From: a virus
Lineage: Duplodnaviria > Heunggongvirae > Uroviricota > Caudoviricetes
IMG/VR virus record: IMGVR_UViG_2925903241_000002
Reading direction: 5' to 3' (one strand)
DNA length: 16,970 bases
The notes under the pieces are model-generated. The model searched no databases. It had not been told where the DNA came from and saw nothing but the letters and a program-made list of their open reading frames with translations. The position numbers and the translations under genes were made by a program. The stretch's first letter is position 1, and every line of letters begins with the position of its first letter. Below, piece after piece: positions 1 to 8,046 of this stretch.

Positions 1-1263
1 ATGAAACTCAACGCTCGCCAGATAGAGACCGCAAAGCCGAAAGAGAAAGCTTATAAAATGGCTGATGGAGGCGGTTTGTATCTTGAGGTCTCCCCTAAAG
101 GTTCTAAGTACTGGCGCATGAAATATCGCCGCCCCTCTGACAAAAAGGAAGATCGACTCGCTTTTGGTGTATACCCGACGGTCACTTTGGCTGAAGCGCG
201 GGGTAAGCGCGATGCAGCAAAGAAATTGTTGTCTCAGGGTATTGACCCCAAAGCTGAGCAAAAGGGGGCACAAGCTGAAATTGAGGGGGCATATTTATTT
301 GAAACTATCGCAAGGCAATGGCACGCAAGTAACCTTACTTGGAGCGAAGATCATAGCCGTCGTGTTCTGCTGACACTTGAGCAGTATATTTTCCCCTCGA
401 TAGGTCAAATCGATGCCAGAACGTTGAGAACCAGCCAGCTTCTCAATCCAATCAAAGCTGTCGATACGGCGGGTAAACATGATGTCGCGCAGCGACTGAT
501 GCAGCGCGTAACCGCAATTATGCGTTTTGGTGTGCAGAATGACCTCCTTGAATCAAATCCTGCATGCGATATGGCTGGAGCGCTTTTAAGCGTTAAAGCA
601 ACCCACCACCCAGCACTACCCCCAAAAAGAATCCCTGAGCTTCTTGAAAGACTATCACGCTATAAAGGGCGACTAATGACACGGCTTGCCGTTGAATTAA
701 CGCTACTCACATTTATACGTTCAAGTGAGATGCGTTTTGCTCGCTGGAGTGAGGTTAACTTTGAACGAAGCGAGTGGACAATACCCGGAATTCGTAAGCC
801 TATTCCCGGCGTAAAACACTCTGAGCGTGGGATGAAGATGAAAACTGAACATATTGTTCCGCTTAGCAAACAAGCATTTGATATTTTTAAACGTTTACAT
901 GCCTTGAGTGGTAAAGGTGAGGTTATATTTCCCAGCGATCATGATCCTAAAAAAGTAATGAGTGAAAATACAGTAAATAACGCCTTACGTGTAATGGGAT
1001 ATGATACGAAAACTGAAGTATGTGGTCATGGGTTTAGAACTATGGCGCGTGGTGCGCTAAGTGAGTCGAAACTATGGAATGATGATGCCATTGAAAGACA
1101 GTTAAGCCACGTTGAACGAAAAAATGTGAAAGGTTCATATATGCATACTTCCGAATATCTTGAAGAAAGAAGATTAATGCTGCAGTGGTGGGCTGATTAT
1201 ATTGATGCTAATAAGAATGGATCTGTCACACCATATGATTTTGCGCGTATGCATGGAAAATAA
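1..1263 (+). CDS. int: P4-type tyrosine integrase (site-specific recombinase); window starts at its ATG, so the attachment site, presumably a tRNA/tmRNA 3' end, lies upstream and out of view
   Basis: 420-aa ORF with the typical P4-integrase N-terminus (AKPKEKAYKMADGGGLYLEVSPKGSKYWRMKYR) and a catalytic-domain-like C-terminus (HGFRTMARGALSE ... SYMHTSEY). Family assignment is from motif recognition, not a search. Confidence 0.9.
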   Translation: MKLNARQIETAKPKEKAYKMADGGGLYLEVSPKGSKYWRMKYRRPSDKKEDRLAFGVYPTVTLAEARGKRDAAKKLLSQGIDPKAEQKGAQAEIEGAYLFETIARQWHASNLTWSEDHSRRVLLTLEQYIFPSIGQIDARTLRTSQLLNPIKAVDTAGKHDVAQRLMQRVTAIMRFGVQNDLLESNPACDMAGALLSVKATHHPALPPKRIPELLERLSRYKGRLMTRLAVELTLLTFIRSSEMRFARWSEVNFERSEWTIPGIRKPIPGVKHSERGMKMKTEHIVPLSKQAFDIFKRLHALSGKGEVIFPSDHDPKKVMSENTVNNALRVMGYDTKTEVCGHGFRTMARGALSESKLWNDDAIERQLSHVERKNVKGSYMHTSEYLEERRLMLQWWADYIDANKNGSVTPYDFARMHGK

Positions 1264-1292
1264 TTACCATTGGGGGCTGCGGAGAGATTTAA

Positions 1293-1931
1293 ATGAATAA
1301 TACTCAATTTGATAATAATTTGTTTTATTTTAATAGGTTAACTTACATAACGCCACACGAAGTGGCGCTTGCTATGAATGGTTTTGACTATGATACCGAA
1401 AATGATGAATTGACTGAGGTTCAATTAAAAGAGGTTATTAGATTAAGAAAGGCAATAACCAGAAATCTACAATTAATTAATGAATATAAAAACGTATCCG
1501 CCACGCAAAAAGTGGAGGCGAACTTATTATTAACTGCCGCTTATATCTTTCAGAGGGAAGGTATTGTACCTGTGGAGATTAAGGAGAGAATTGAGAACGC
1601 ATTACGACAACAGGTAAAAAATAAAGATTGGAGTGATATTCTAATGACGTTAGGAGGAAGTGAATTATATGAAGTTGGTAAAAAATTAAGGAGTAATGGT
1701 AGAGGGCAGTACAGAAAAGATGATGAGGATAATTATAGTTGTAAATTAATTTATTTACTAATTGAATTGCTTAAGAGACATGGAAAGGTAAGTTATAGCG
1801 ATAATAGTGTTATATATAATGATATTGTTTCTTTTTGTAATGAGAATGAGATTCTAATGAAAGGGGTTAAAAAAGCTACGTTTTATAAGAAAATAAAGCT
1901 TGGGAAAGACATTATAAAATACGGAGAGTAA
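1293..1931 (+). CDS. hypothetical protein; AT-rich orphan cargo gene between int and alpA
   Basis: 212-aa ORF with GGAGAG 6 nt upstream of the ATG. Composition is visibly AT-rich against the GC-rich backbone; the protein is charged and helix-prone, with no motif I recognise. Confidence 0.6.
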   Translation: MNNTQFDNNLFYFNRLTYITPHEVALAMNGFDYDTENDELTEVQLKEVIRLRKAITRNLQLINEYKNVSATQKVEANLLLTAAYIFQREGIVPVEIKERIENALRQQVKNKDWSDILMTLGGSELYEVGKKLRSNGRGQYRKDDEDNYSCKLIYLLIELLKRHGKVSYSDNSVIYNDIVSFCNENEILMKGVKKATFYKKIKLGKDIIKYGE

Positions 1932-1996
1932 ATTTATTAATTTTCTGGCTATCTCTCAATAGAAGGGCCACAAGAGGCTCTAACGGGCTATAGGGG

Positions 1997-2044
1997 GTAA
2001 TACGATGTAATATGGTGTAATACTGTGCTAATTCCTAGGTAATA
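1997..2044. repeat. helically phased GTAATA(C/T) direct repeats, candidate protein-binding array
   Basis: GTAATA at 1997, 2007, 2017 and 2039, with CTAATT at 2028, giving a 10-11 bp period in an AT-rich intergenic region upstream of alpA. Confidence 0.4.
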
Positions 2045-2308
2045 TGAATCGTTAAAATGCAATAATACCTTTTGACATATGATTTTTTGATTTTCCATCC
2101 TATCCATATGAATTCTATTGATTTTGTTTTTTTTTGTGCATTTCCTTCTCTCCGTGTTCTTTCATATGAATATTACTTCTTTTTTCAGTGGAGATTATTG
2201 TTTTTCAATAGAATCAATATTTGTCTTAATAGATTCCATTATCACTAGAATCACTTTTTCCCAGTGTTTAAAGTCACCGTGAACTTAAGTAGAACACGGA
2301 GTAACAAG

Positions 2309-2539
2309 ATGGAATATGCAAACAGCTTTTCAGATAATCAGACTCTTATCTCAGCAAAAGAGGTCTTAAGACGCGTTCAGCGTAGCAAGGCATGGCTTTA
2401 CAAACAGCTTGCAAACAATACATTTCCCCGTCCGGTGAAAATAGGAACTCGTGCAATTTCATTTGTTGAAAGCGAAGTGGATCACTGGATTCAAGAGCAA
2501 ATATATGCCTCTCGTGGTGAGCGATATGAAAATCACTAA
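2309..2539 (+). CDS. alpA: AlpA-family (excisionase-like, MerR-type HTH) transcriptional regulator
   Basis: GGAG 8 nt upstream of the ATG at 2309. The sequence LISAKEVLRRVQRSKAWLYKQLANNTFPRPVKIGTRAISFVESEVDHWI fits the AlpA pattern (FP+PVK+G.R...W.E+..W). The upstream ATG at 2264 lacks an RBS. Confidence 0.8.
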   Translation: MEYANSFSDNQTLISAKEVLRRVQRSKAWLYKQLANNTFPRPVKIGTRAISFVESEVDHWIQEQIYASRGERYENH

Positions 2540-2544
2540 TAAAA

Positions 2545-2572
2545 AAGCCCGACATAATGAATTTGTGGGCTT
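2545..2572. terminator. hairpin between the convergent alpA and RHH genes; probably a terminator for the minus-strand gene, possibly bidirectional
   Basis: Stem AAGCCCGACA / TGTGGGCTT with one mismatch. An A-run precedes it on the plus strand, which is a U-run after the stem on the minus strand. Confidence 0.4.
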
Positions 2573-2635
2573 AAAAATATTGTCGCTTACTGAAATTAAC
2601 ATGGAAACAGAGAGAACGTCTGTTGGCTTCTCTAT

Positions 2636-2821
2636 TCAACTACCTTGCTCTGGCTTATTTTTCCTGCGCTGTCGGCGTTTAATCTCGCCTTTTACAGCCG
2701 TAACAATGAATTGCGCTTTCGTTTCTCCATCTTCAAGGTTGCTTTCTAATTCTGCAACTACATCATGTGGGAAACGAGCATTAAGTTGCTGCGACTTGTT
2801 GTTAGTTGAACTCGTTGCCAT
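2636..2821 (-). CDS. small ribbon-helix-helix-like (Arc/CopG-type) DNA-binding protein, putative regulator
   Basis: 61-aa ORF with a strong SD (GAGGAG on the minus strand, about 8 nt before the ATG at 2821). The layout QLNARFPHDVV (beta strand), AELESNL (helix), KAQFIVTAVKGEIKRRQRR (basic helix) fits the RHH fold. Fold assignment is inference. Confidence 0.55.
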   Translation of the reverse strand: MATSSTNNKSQQLNARFPHDVVAELESNLEDGETKAQFIVTAVKGEIKRRQRRKNKPEQGS

Positions 2822-2840
2822 TACTGGATCTCCTCGCGTT

Positions 2841-2933
2841 AGGTGCGATTCAGTATATGCAAAAAAAATGATAATAAAAAGCTTGAAGTGCGATTCACTT
2901 AAGGGTAGCTTTAAAATTAAAGGTGCGATTCAC
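2841..2933. repeat. three direct repeats of (A/G)GTGCGATTCA(C/G) followed by an A-rich tract; candidate operator or origin-like site
   Basis: Copies at 2841-2853, 2886-2898 and 2921-2933, with a degenerate fourth (GTGCGAAGCC) at 2941-2950. They lie just upstream of the RHH gene start, between the divergent RHH gene and the primase operon. Confidence 0.5.
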
Positions 2934-3008
2934 CTTGTGAGTGCGAAGCCCGACAGTGCAGCAACACTAACCGGGCTTCTGACCAATCCGCTAAATGAGG
3001 TAACGAAG

Positions 3009-3185
3009 ATGGCTAAACAGAAGTGTACCTGGTTATTTGCGGCGATCAACCGCAGTCAACGCAATACCCGTCCTGTGATGTTAAGGATCACCGCAGATAA
3101 CGAGCGGTCAGCGCGGCGCAGACTTGCCCCGGACTATGTACTGAGCTTTGCCGGGCGCATTCCCTGCGGAGGTGAACATGCGTAA
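3009..3185 (+). CDS. possible small hypothetical protein (59 aa), first gene of the primase operon
   Basis: ATG at 3009 with GAGG about 9 nt upstream; its stop overlaps the next gene's start. It is embedded in a longer 244-aa ORF that is probably spurious upstream, so this call is weak. Confidence 0.3.
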   Translation: MAKQKCTWLFAAINRSQRNTRPVMLRITADNERSARRRLAPDYVLSFAGRIPCGGEHA

Positions 3186-3537
3186 TTATCCGCACCCCGG
3201 CGAACGCTGGCAGCATGAACGTGGCTGGACGGTCACGATTATCCGATTAATAGAAGCCTCGCCCTCTGTGGCGCTGGTTAATCCTGAATTCAGCTGTGAA
3301 GTGCTGATACGTCATGACAGCGACAACCAGCTTTCTTCCTGCCCTCTGGCATGGTTTGAACAGCGGTATACGCGCCTGTTTGATGTACCGCTCTTGAAGC
3401 CTGCACCAGCTCCTGCTGGCGGTAGTGGTTCCGGCCCGCTGACACTGCATCCGTCTGTGCTATTTATCCGCTGGCGGGAGCGTAGCATACGGCGTTCTGC
3501 TGAGCCTGACGACGGTCACTATTCAAAGTTTCTCTGA
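3178..3537 (+). CDS. hypothetical protein
   Basis: ATG at 3178 with GGAGG 6-9 nt upstream; GC-rich like the primase operon. The N-terminal 70 aa look globular and the C-terminus is low complexity, so the true stop may be misjudged. Confidence 0.55.
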   Translation: MRNYPHPGERWQHERGWTVTIIRLIEASPSVALVNPEFSCEVLIRHDSDNQLSSCPLAWFEQRYTRLFDVPLLKPAPAPAGGSGSGPLTLHPSVLFIRWRERSIRRSAEPDDGHYSKFL

Positions 3538-3568
3538 CAAAATACCGCTGAAAACGGAGTAATCCACG

Positions 3569-3853
3569 ATGAATATTTCAAACGGGCACAACGGTGCTCA
3601 GGGCCACACTTTGCCTGAAAAACACAATACCGGTGCTTTTGCCTATGGGTTGTCAGAGGACAGTTTCGGAAAACTGACCCGCGCAAGAAATGCCTGCGAC
3701 ATGCTCCAGCTTCTCTTTTCTGAATACCCGTCTCAGGCCGGAGCACTGGACGCTGGCTGTGCGCATGGTGTCGCCGCGCTGATGGAGTACCTGCTGGCAG
3801 ATTTGACGGATATTGCACACAGCTGCGCACTGATTGAAGGAGGTGCCAGATGA
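3569..3853 (+). CDS. hypothetical protein
   Basis: ACGGAG 9 nt upstream of the ATG; 94 aa; its stop overlaps the next start (ATGA). Confidence 0.6.
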   Translation: MNISNGHNGAQGHTLPEKHNTGAFAYGLSEDSFGKLTRARNACDMLQLLFSEYPSQAGALDAGCAHGVAALMEYLLADLTDIAHSCALIEGGAR

Positions 3854-4233
3854 ACCAGCCGCAGGTTTCCATTTTCCCGGCAGAAATGACCACCGCGCTT
3901 TACCGGCGGGCTATTGCTTCAGCATGGCGGCAGAAAATGCTGAACGAAACTGGCAGTGATCAGTATGGTCCGCACAGCCTGACGGTGGAGCGTATTGAAA
4001 TGGCCATTGCGCTGCATATCGAGTGCGTACTGATTAACGAGTACGGCGAAGCACAGGGCGCCGCTGCCGCGCTGGCACTGCTGACTGACATGCTGGAGCC
4101 GTCACTGCTGACCGCGCCGCCGGTACTGACCGCGCGCGGCTGTGAAGTGATGGCGGAGATGTACCGCACGCTTCCGGCGGCCTTTGATGACTTCTGCAGT
4201 ACCGGTGTGACGTTGTATCAGGGGGAAGTATGA
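3850..4233 (+). CDS. hypothetical protein
   Basis: GAAGGAGG upstream; 127 aa; translationally coupled to both neighbours through ATGA overlaps at 3850 and 4230. Confidence 0.6.
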   Translation: MNQPQVSIFPAEMTTALYRRAIASAWRQKMLNETGSDQYGPHSLTVERIEMAIALHIECVLINEYGEAQGAAAALALLTDMLEPSLLTAPPVLTARGCEVMAEMYRTLPAAFDDFCSTGVTLYQGEV

Positions 4234-6902
4234 CAATACAGACGGTTACGCAGATTTCAGCCGCCGCACGGGGGAAATGGCCCGTTATTCTCCAGATGCT
4301 GCGTATTGATGTACCTGAAAACGGCAGGCACGGTCCCTGCCCGAAATGTGGGGGCAAGGATCGTTTTCGCCTTGATGACCTTGACGGGCGCGGGACGTGG
4401 ATCTGCAGCCAGTGTGGCAATGGTGACGGTCTGGATCTGGTTAAGCTCGTAACCGGTTACAGCGTCAGAAAGGCTGCGCAGGAGGTGGCGCAGGTGCTTA
4501 ATGTGCCGGATGTGCAGGAACTGCCTGTTAAGCCTGCCAGAAAAAAAGCCCCTAAACGCGACATGGGTCTTACCGTGGCGGCGCTGATGAAAGAGAGCCA
4601 CACGGGAGAAAGCGCCTATCTGACAGGAAAAGGGTTCGCCGGATACCCGGCCTCTCTGACCGGAAGCGTGCAGCATATCAGCGGTAAGGATTTTCCTGCC
4701 GGTTCCCTGCTGTTACCACTCACGACCAACACCGGAGCCGTGACTGGTGCACAGCTTATCGCCCCGACGGGTGAAAAAAGCATACTGCCCGGCAGCACGA
4801 TGAAAGGCGCGTTTGTGTCGCTCAGCCCGTTACCGTCTGAACCACCGGTACAGGTGGTGATTACCGAAGGTTACGCTACGGCGCTGACGGTAAGTCAGCT
4901 CACTGCCGGATGCGTAGTGGCTGCCATATCTGCGGGCAACCTGCCCAATGTGGCGCAGTCGCTGCGGGCACGCTGGCCTGAGGTAAAAATTATCATCGCC
5001 GGTGATAACGATTTTCAGGACGGGGGTGAGAATCCCGGCAGAGCCTTTGCTGAACGGGCGGCAAAAGCTGTTGGCGGCTGGATGACGCTGCCACCGGGAG
5101 AGATTAAGGCCGACTGGAATGACTTCCATCGGGAGCACGGTATTACCCGCGCCCGTGAAGCCTTTCGTAACGGTCTGGTGCTGTGCGGGGAGGGCCGCAC
5201 GCAACTGCCGCACGGGTTCCGTCTTACCCAGGAATATCTCTGGTATGAAAAGCAGGTACAGCGCAACGGTGAGACGGAGATCCAGAACGTCAAAATATGC
5301 AGCCCGCTGCGCGTGACGGCAATCACCTGCGATGCCGATGGCGGTAACTTCGGACGACTGCTGGAATGGGAAGATACGTGGGGTGAGTGTCGCCGCTGGG
5401 CGATGCCGATGGAAATGCTGAGCGGCAGTGGTGAGGAACTGCGCCGGGTATTGCTGGTTAACGGGCTGTCTTATATCAGCACCACCGGTGAGGCACGCGC
5501 ACGCCTGATGGAATATATCTCACTGTGTAAACCGGAACGCCGCGTGACCTGCGTCAGTCGTACTGGCTGGCATGGTCAGGTTTACGTCCTGCAGGATGAG
5601 GTCAGCGGTGAAGGTGCAGAGGGTGTCATTCTCCAGACCACTTCCGTGCAGGGGCGTGATTTCCGCGTGTCGGGCACAACAGAGGAATGGCGGGAGCATG
5701 TATCCCGCTACTGTACCGGCAACTCCCGCGTGGCATTTGCTGTCAGCCTGGCCTTTGCTGCACCACTGTTACGGCTGGTTGGTATGGACGGCGGCGGCTA
5801 CCACCTCAAAGGGGAATCGACAGACGGTAAGACCACCACCATGAAAGCGGCAACCTCCGTCTGCGGCGGGCCTGACTACTGGCAGACATGGCGGGCCACC
5901 GGCAACGCGCTGGAGGGATGCGCCAGCCGCCGCAACGATGCCGCCATGATGCTTGATGAGATCCGGGAAGTTGACGGACGCGAGGCAGGCAATATCGCCT
6001 ACATGCTGGCAAACGGTCAGGGCAAGGGCCGTGCCGGTACGGACGGTGAGCTGCGTACCCGTAAGCATTGGCGCCTGTTGTTCTTTTCAACTGGCGAGTT
6101 GTCTCTGACCGAACATGCGGCAAAGGCCGGTGAGCGTACTTTTGCCGGGATGGAAGTCAGGATGATCCAGATCCCCAGCGATTCCGGGAAGTTTGGCGTT
6201 TTTGAGGAGCTGCACGGCTTCGACAGCGGCAAGGCTCTGGCAGAGCATCTTGAATGGGCCACGTCCTGCTACTACGGTTCGCCGTTCCGGGAGTGGCTGA
6301 AAGCACTGACCGCTGATCTTAACGGACTAACGGCACAGGCAAAATCGCTGATGAAGGAATATGCTGCCGCCCTGACTCCGAAAGATGCAGGCAATCAGGT
6401 GGGCCGGGCTGTGAACCGCTTTGCTCTGGTGGCGATGGCAGGTGAACTGGCAACCCGTCTGGGTATCACCGGCTGGCCTGAGGGTGAAGCACTGCGGGCA
6501 ACCCGCGTCTGCCTGAACGCATGGCTGAAAGATCGCGGGCACACCGCCAATCAGGAAGATATCGCCGCACTGGAGCAGGTTCGCAGTTTCTTTACCGCGA
6601 ATCAGTACAGCCGCTTTGCAGACTGGTATGACGAGCGCAACCGCCCCGGCAATATGGTGGGCTGGCGCAGGGTGGAGAAAGGCAGTACCGCGCAGGGCAC
6701 GGAAGCTGTCACTACGTTCTATGTCATGCCGTCCGGCTGGAAAGAAATCTGCAGGGGATTTGACCCGCGCAAGGTGGCGCGTCTGTGCGCAGATCGTGGA
6801 TACCTGCTGCCCTCCACTGATGGCAAACTCCAGACAACCATTCGCCCGCCAGAGATGAATCCCCGCAGGCTCTATGTCTTCAACAGCGAGGTGCCGGGTT
6901 AA
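4230..6902 (+). CDS. P4 alpha-like primase-helicase (zinc-binding domain, Toprim, P-loop NTPase)
   Basis: 890 aa. N-terminal CPKCGG...CSQCGNGDG zinc ribbon; Toprim-like EGYATALT ... IIAGDNDF; Walker A GESTDGKTT; GGGGAAG RBS. Confidence 0.9.
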   Translation: MTIQTVTQISAAARGKWPVILQMLRIDVPENGRHGPCPKCGGKDRFRLDDLDGRGTWICSQCGNGDGLDLVKLVTGYSVRKAAQEVAQVLNVPDVQELPVKPARKKAPKRDMGLTVAALMKESHTGESAYLTGKGFAGYPASLTGSVQHISGKDFPAGSLLLPLTTNTGAVTGAQLIAPTGEKSILPGSTMKGAFVSLSPLPSEPPVQVVITEGYATALTVSQLTAGCVVAAISAGNLPNVAQSLRARWPEVKIIIAGDNDFQDGGENPGRAFAERAAKAVGGWMTLPPGEIKADWNDFHREHGITRAREAFRNGLVLCGEGRTQLPHGFRLTQEYLWYEKQVQRNGETEIQNVKICSPLRVTAITCDADGGNFGRLLEWEDTWGECRRWAMPMEMLSGSGEELRRVLLVNGLSYISTTGEARARLMEYISLCKPERRVTCVSRTGWHGQVYVLQDEVSGEGAEGVILQTTSVQGRDFRVSGTTEEWREHVSRYCTGNSRVAFAVSLAFAAPLLRLVGMDGGGYHLKGESTDGKTTTMKAATSVCGGPDYWQTWRATGNALEGCASRRNDAAMMLDEIREVDGREAGNIAYMLANGQGKGRAGTDGELRTRKHWRLLFFSTGELSLTEHAAKAGERTFAGMEVRMIQIPSDSGKFGVFEELHGFDSGKALAEHLEWATSCYYGSPFREWLKALTADLNGLTAQAKSLMKEYAAALTPKDAGNQVGRAVNRFALVAMAGELATRLGITGWPEGEALRATRVCLNAWLKDRGHTANQEDIAALEQVRSFFTANQYSRFADWYDERNRPGNMVGWRRVEKGSTAQGTEAVTTFYVMPSGWKEICRGFDPRKVARLCADRGYLLPSTDGKLQTTIRPPEMNPRRLYVFNSEVPG

Positions 6903-6936
6903 GGCTTTGCGTGAGTCTTATTTATTAAGGGTAACA

Positions 6937-7124
6937 GGTGAAACAGGTGGAACAACCGTATTTTACAGGGCTGAACCTGTTCCACCTTCTGAAATAGTGA
7001 GGTGGAACAGATGTAACGCCAGCCAATCCGCTGTTCCACCTTGTTACCCGCGATGTTCCACCGGTGCAGTGTATATAAATGCCTTATAAAACAAAGCTGT
7101 AACACATGTTTCACCTGTTCCACC
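6937..7124. repeat. iteron cluster: eight copies of TGTTCCACC or its variant TGTTTCACC in both orientations; candidate alpha-binding cis replication region (crr/ori-like)
   Basis: Forward copies at 6978-6986, 7032-7040, 7054-7062, 7107-7115 (variant) and 7116-7124; reverse copies at 6937-6945 (variant), 6946-6954 and 7001-7009. The cluster lies directly downstream of the primase gene. P4 ori and crr carry the similar octamer TGTTCACC, as I recall it. Confidence 0.6.
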
Positions 7125-7212
7125 GCATCAGGGACATAAAGCAGACTGAAACAGAGGGCATTTTTATCTGGCTGGCTTTCATAGCCACGTCTGAATAACC
7201 GCAAGCGTCCGT

Positions 7213-7230
7213 TGTGCCAGCCACCACACA
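7213..7230 (+). promoter_or_regulatory. TGT-N12-ACA dyad upstream of the sid operon; candidate Ogr/Delta activator site of a P2/P4-type late promoter
   Basis: TGT at 7213-7215 and ACA at 7228-7230 with a 12-nt spacer, centred about 80 bp before the sid ATG. A second dyad at 7251-7268 sits too close to the start codon to be the activator site. Confidence 0.4.
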
Positions 7231-7302
7231 CTGAGCACCGATAGTGTGCTTGTGTCAGCCACGACACAATTGACGTAACGAACCAACCCGACAGGAGAAG
7301 TC

Positions 7303-8046
7303 ATGAACAACACCGCAGTGAATAACAACCTTTCCACTTTTCCGGCTGTAACGCAGCGGGCACTGGAAACCATGAACACAGCCAGAAACGCATGGCTTGA
7401 AGCACGTCGTCAGCAGAAAGCGGCAGCGGATAATATTGCGACAATCCGCCAGCGTCGCGCTGAAATGGAAGCCACGACGAACACACTGAATGAGGAGTGG
7501 CGCACGCTGTTTCGTGAAAGTCAGGGCGTGGTCTCAAAGGAAATGAAAAAACTGCGCACGGAAATTGCGCTGGGACGAGAAACGCTTGAGGATTTTGATG
7601 AGCTGCTGGCGGCTCAGGAAAGCGAAAATGCACTTTTGCCGCAGAAAGCTGCAGAATTAGCCGGAAAGTATATCCACGCGCATAACATTCTTGTGGATAT
7701 TCGCGCAAAACAAATCTGGGAGGATTTTATGCAGTCGCATGGAAAAGCGCTTATTCAGACGCTGAGCCTGCTTAAATCCACAATGGGCCGGGAAGCCAGT
7801 GCCGTTGTGGGTGTGGTGAATTCAGTTAATGACCCGGACACAGTGCTGAAAGACTTTATTCATAAACATATCACCAGACCGGCTCTGGCTAACGATGCGA
7901 TGCCTGAGCAGGACCCGGTGTTTAAACTGGCGGGAGTTGCCCCGGATTATGCGGCGCGTCTGGATTTCAGTAATCAACTCTCTCCGGCAGCTATGCATAA
8001 AATTAAGGTTCGTCAGGAACTTGCTGAGAAGGAGAAAGCAGTATGA
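7303..8046 (+). CDS. sid: Sid-like capsid size determination (external scaffold) protein
   Basis: 247 aa, helical and Ala/Glu-rich. Position after alpha and before psu matches P4. The segment EEWRTLFRESQGVVSKEMKKLR resembles my recollection of P4 Sid. Confidence 0.7.
   Translation: MNNTAVNNNLSTFPAVTQRALETMNTARNAWLEARRQQKAAADNIATIRQRRAEMEATTNTLNEEWRTLFRESQGVVSKEMKKLRTEIALGRETLEDFDELLAAQESENALLPQKAAELAGKYIHAHNILVDIRAKQIWEDFMQSHGKALIQTLSLLKSTMGREASAVVGVVNSVNDPDTVLKDFIHKHITRPALANDAMPEQDPVFKLAGVAPDYAARLDFSNQLSPAAMHKIKVRQELAEKEKAV

Noticed and set aside
164-869. Short ORFs inside or antisense to the first integrase (164-373 +, 295-480 -, 660-869 -)
   Set aside because: They are fully nested in a well-supported 420-aa integrase and are typical alternative-frame artefacts.
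2451-3185. 244-aa plus-strand ORF spanning the alpA end, the RHH gene and the control region
   Set aside because: It runs antisense through the RHH gene, which has a strong RBS, and through the repeat region. The translation is Cys/Ser/Leu-rich and low complexity, and there is no RBS at its start. Only its last 59 codons (3009-3185) are kept as a weak candidate.
4034-6542. Numerous 60-140-aa ORFs antisense or out of frame within the primase-helicase gene
   Set aside because: They sit in a GC-rich gene where long spurious open frames are expected; the translations are Arg/Pro/Ser-rich with no start signals.
2841-7124. CRISPR array in any of the repeat clusters
   Set aside because: The repeats are 9-13 bp, irregularly spaced and partly inverted, with no 28-37 bp repeat/spacer periodicity.
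6616-7708. ORFs overlapping the primase 3' end, the iteron cluster and the antisense of sid (6616-6858, 6874-7089, 6899-7267, 7179-7379, 7301-7708)
   Set aside because: They overlap the iteron/promoter region or run antisense to sid, with no RBS; the repeat structure explains the region better.
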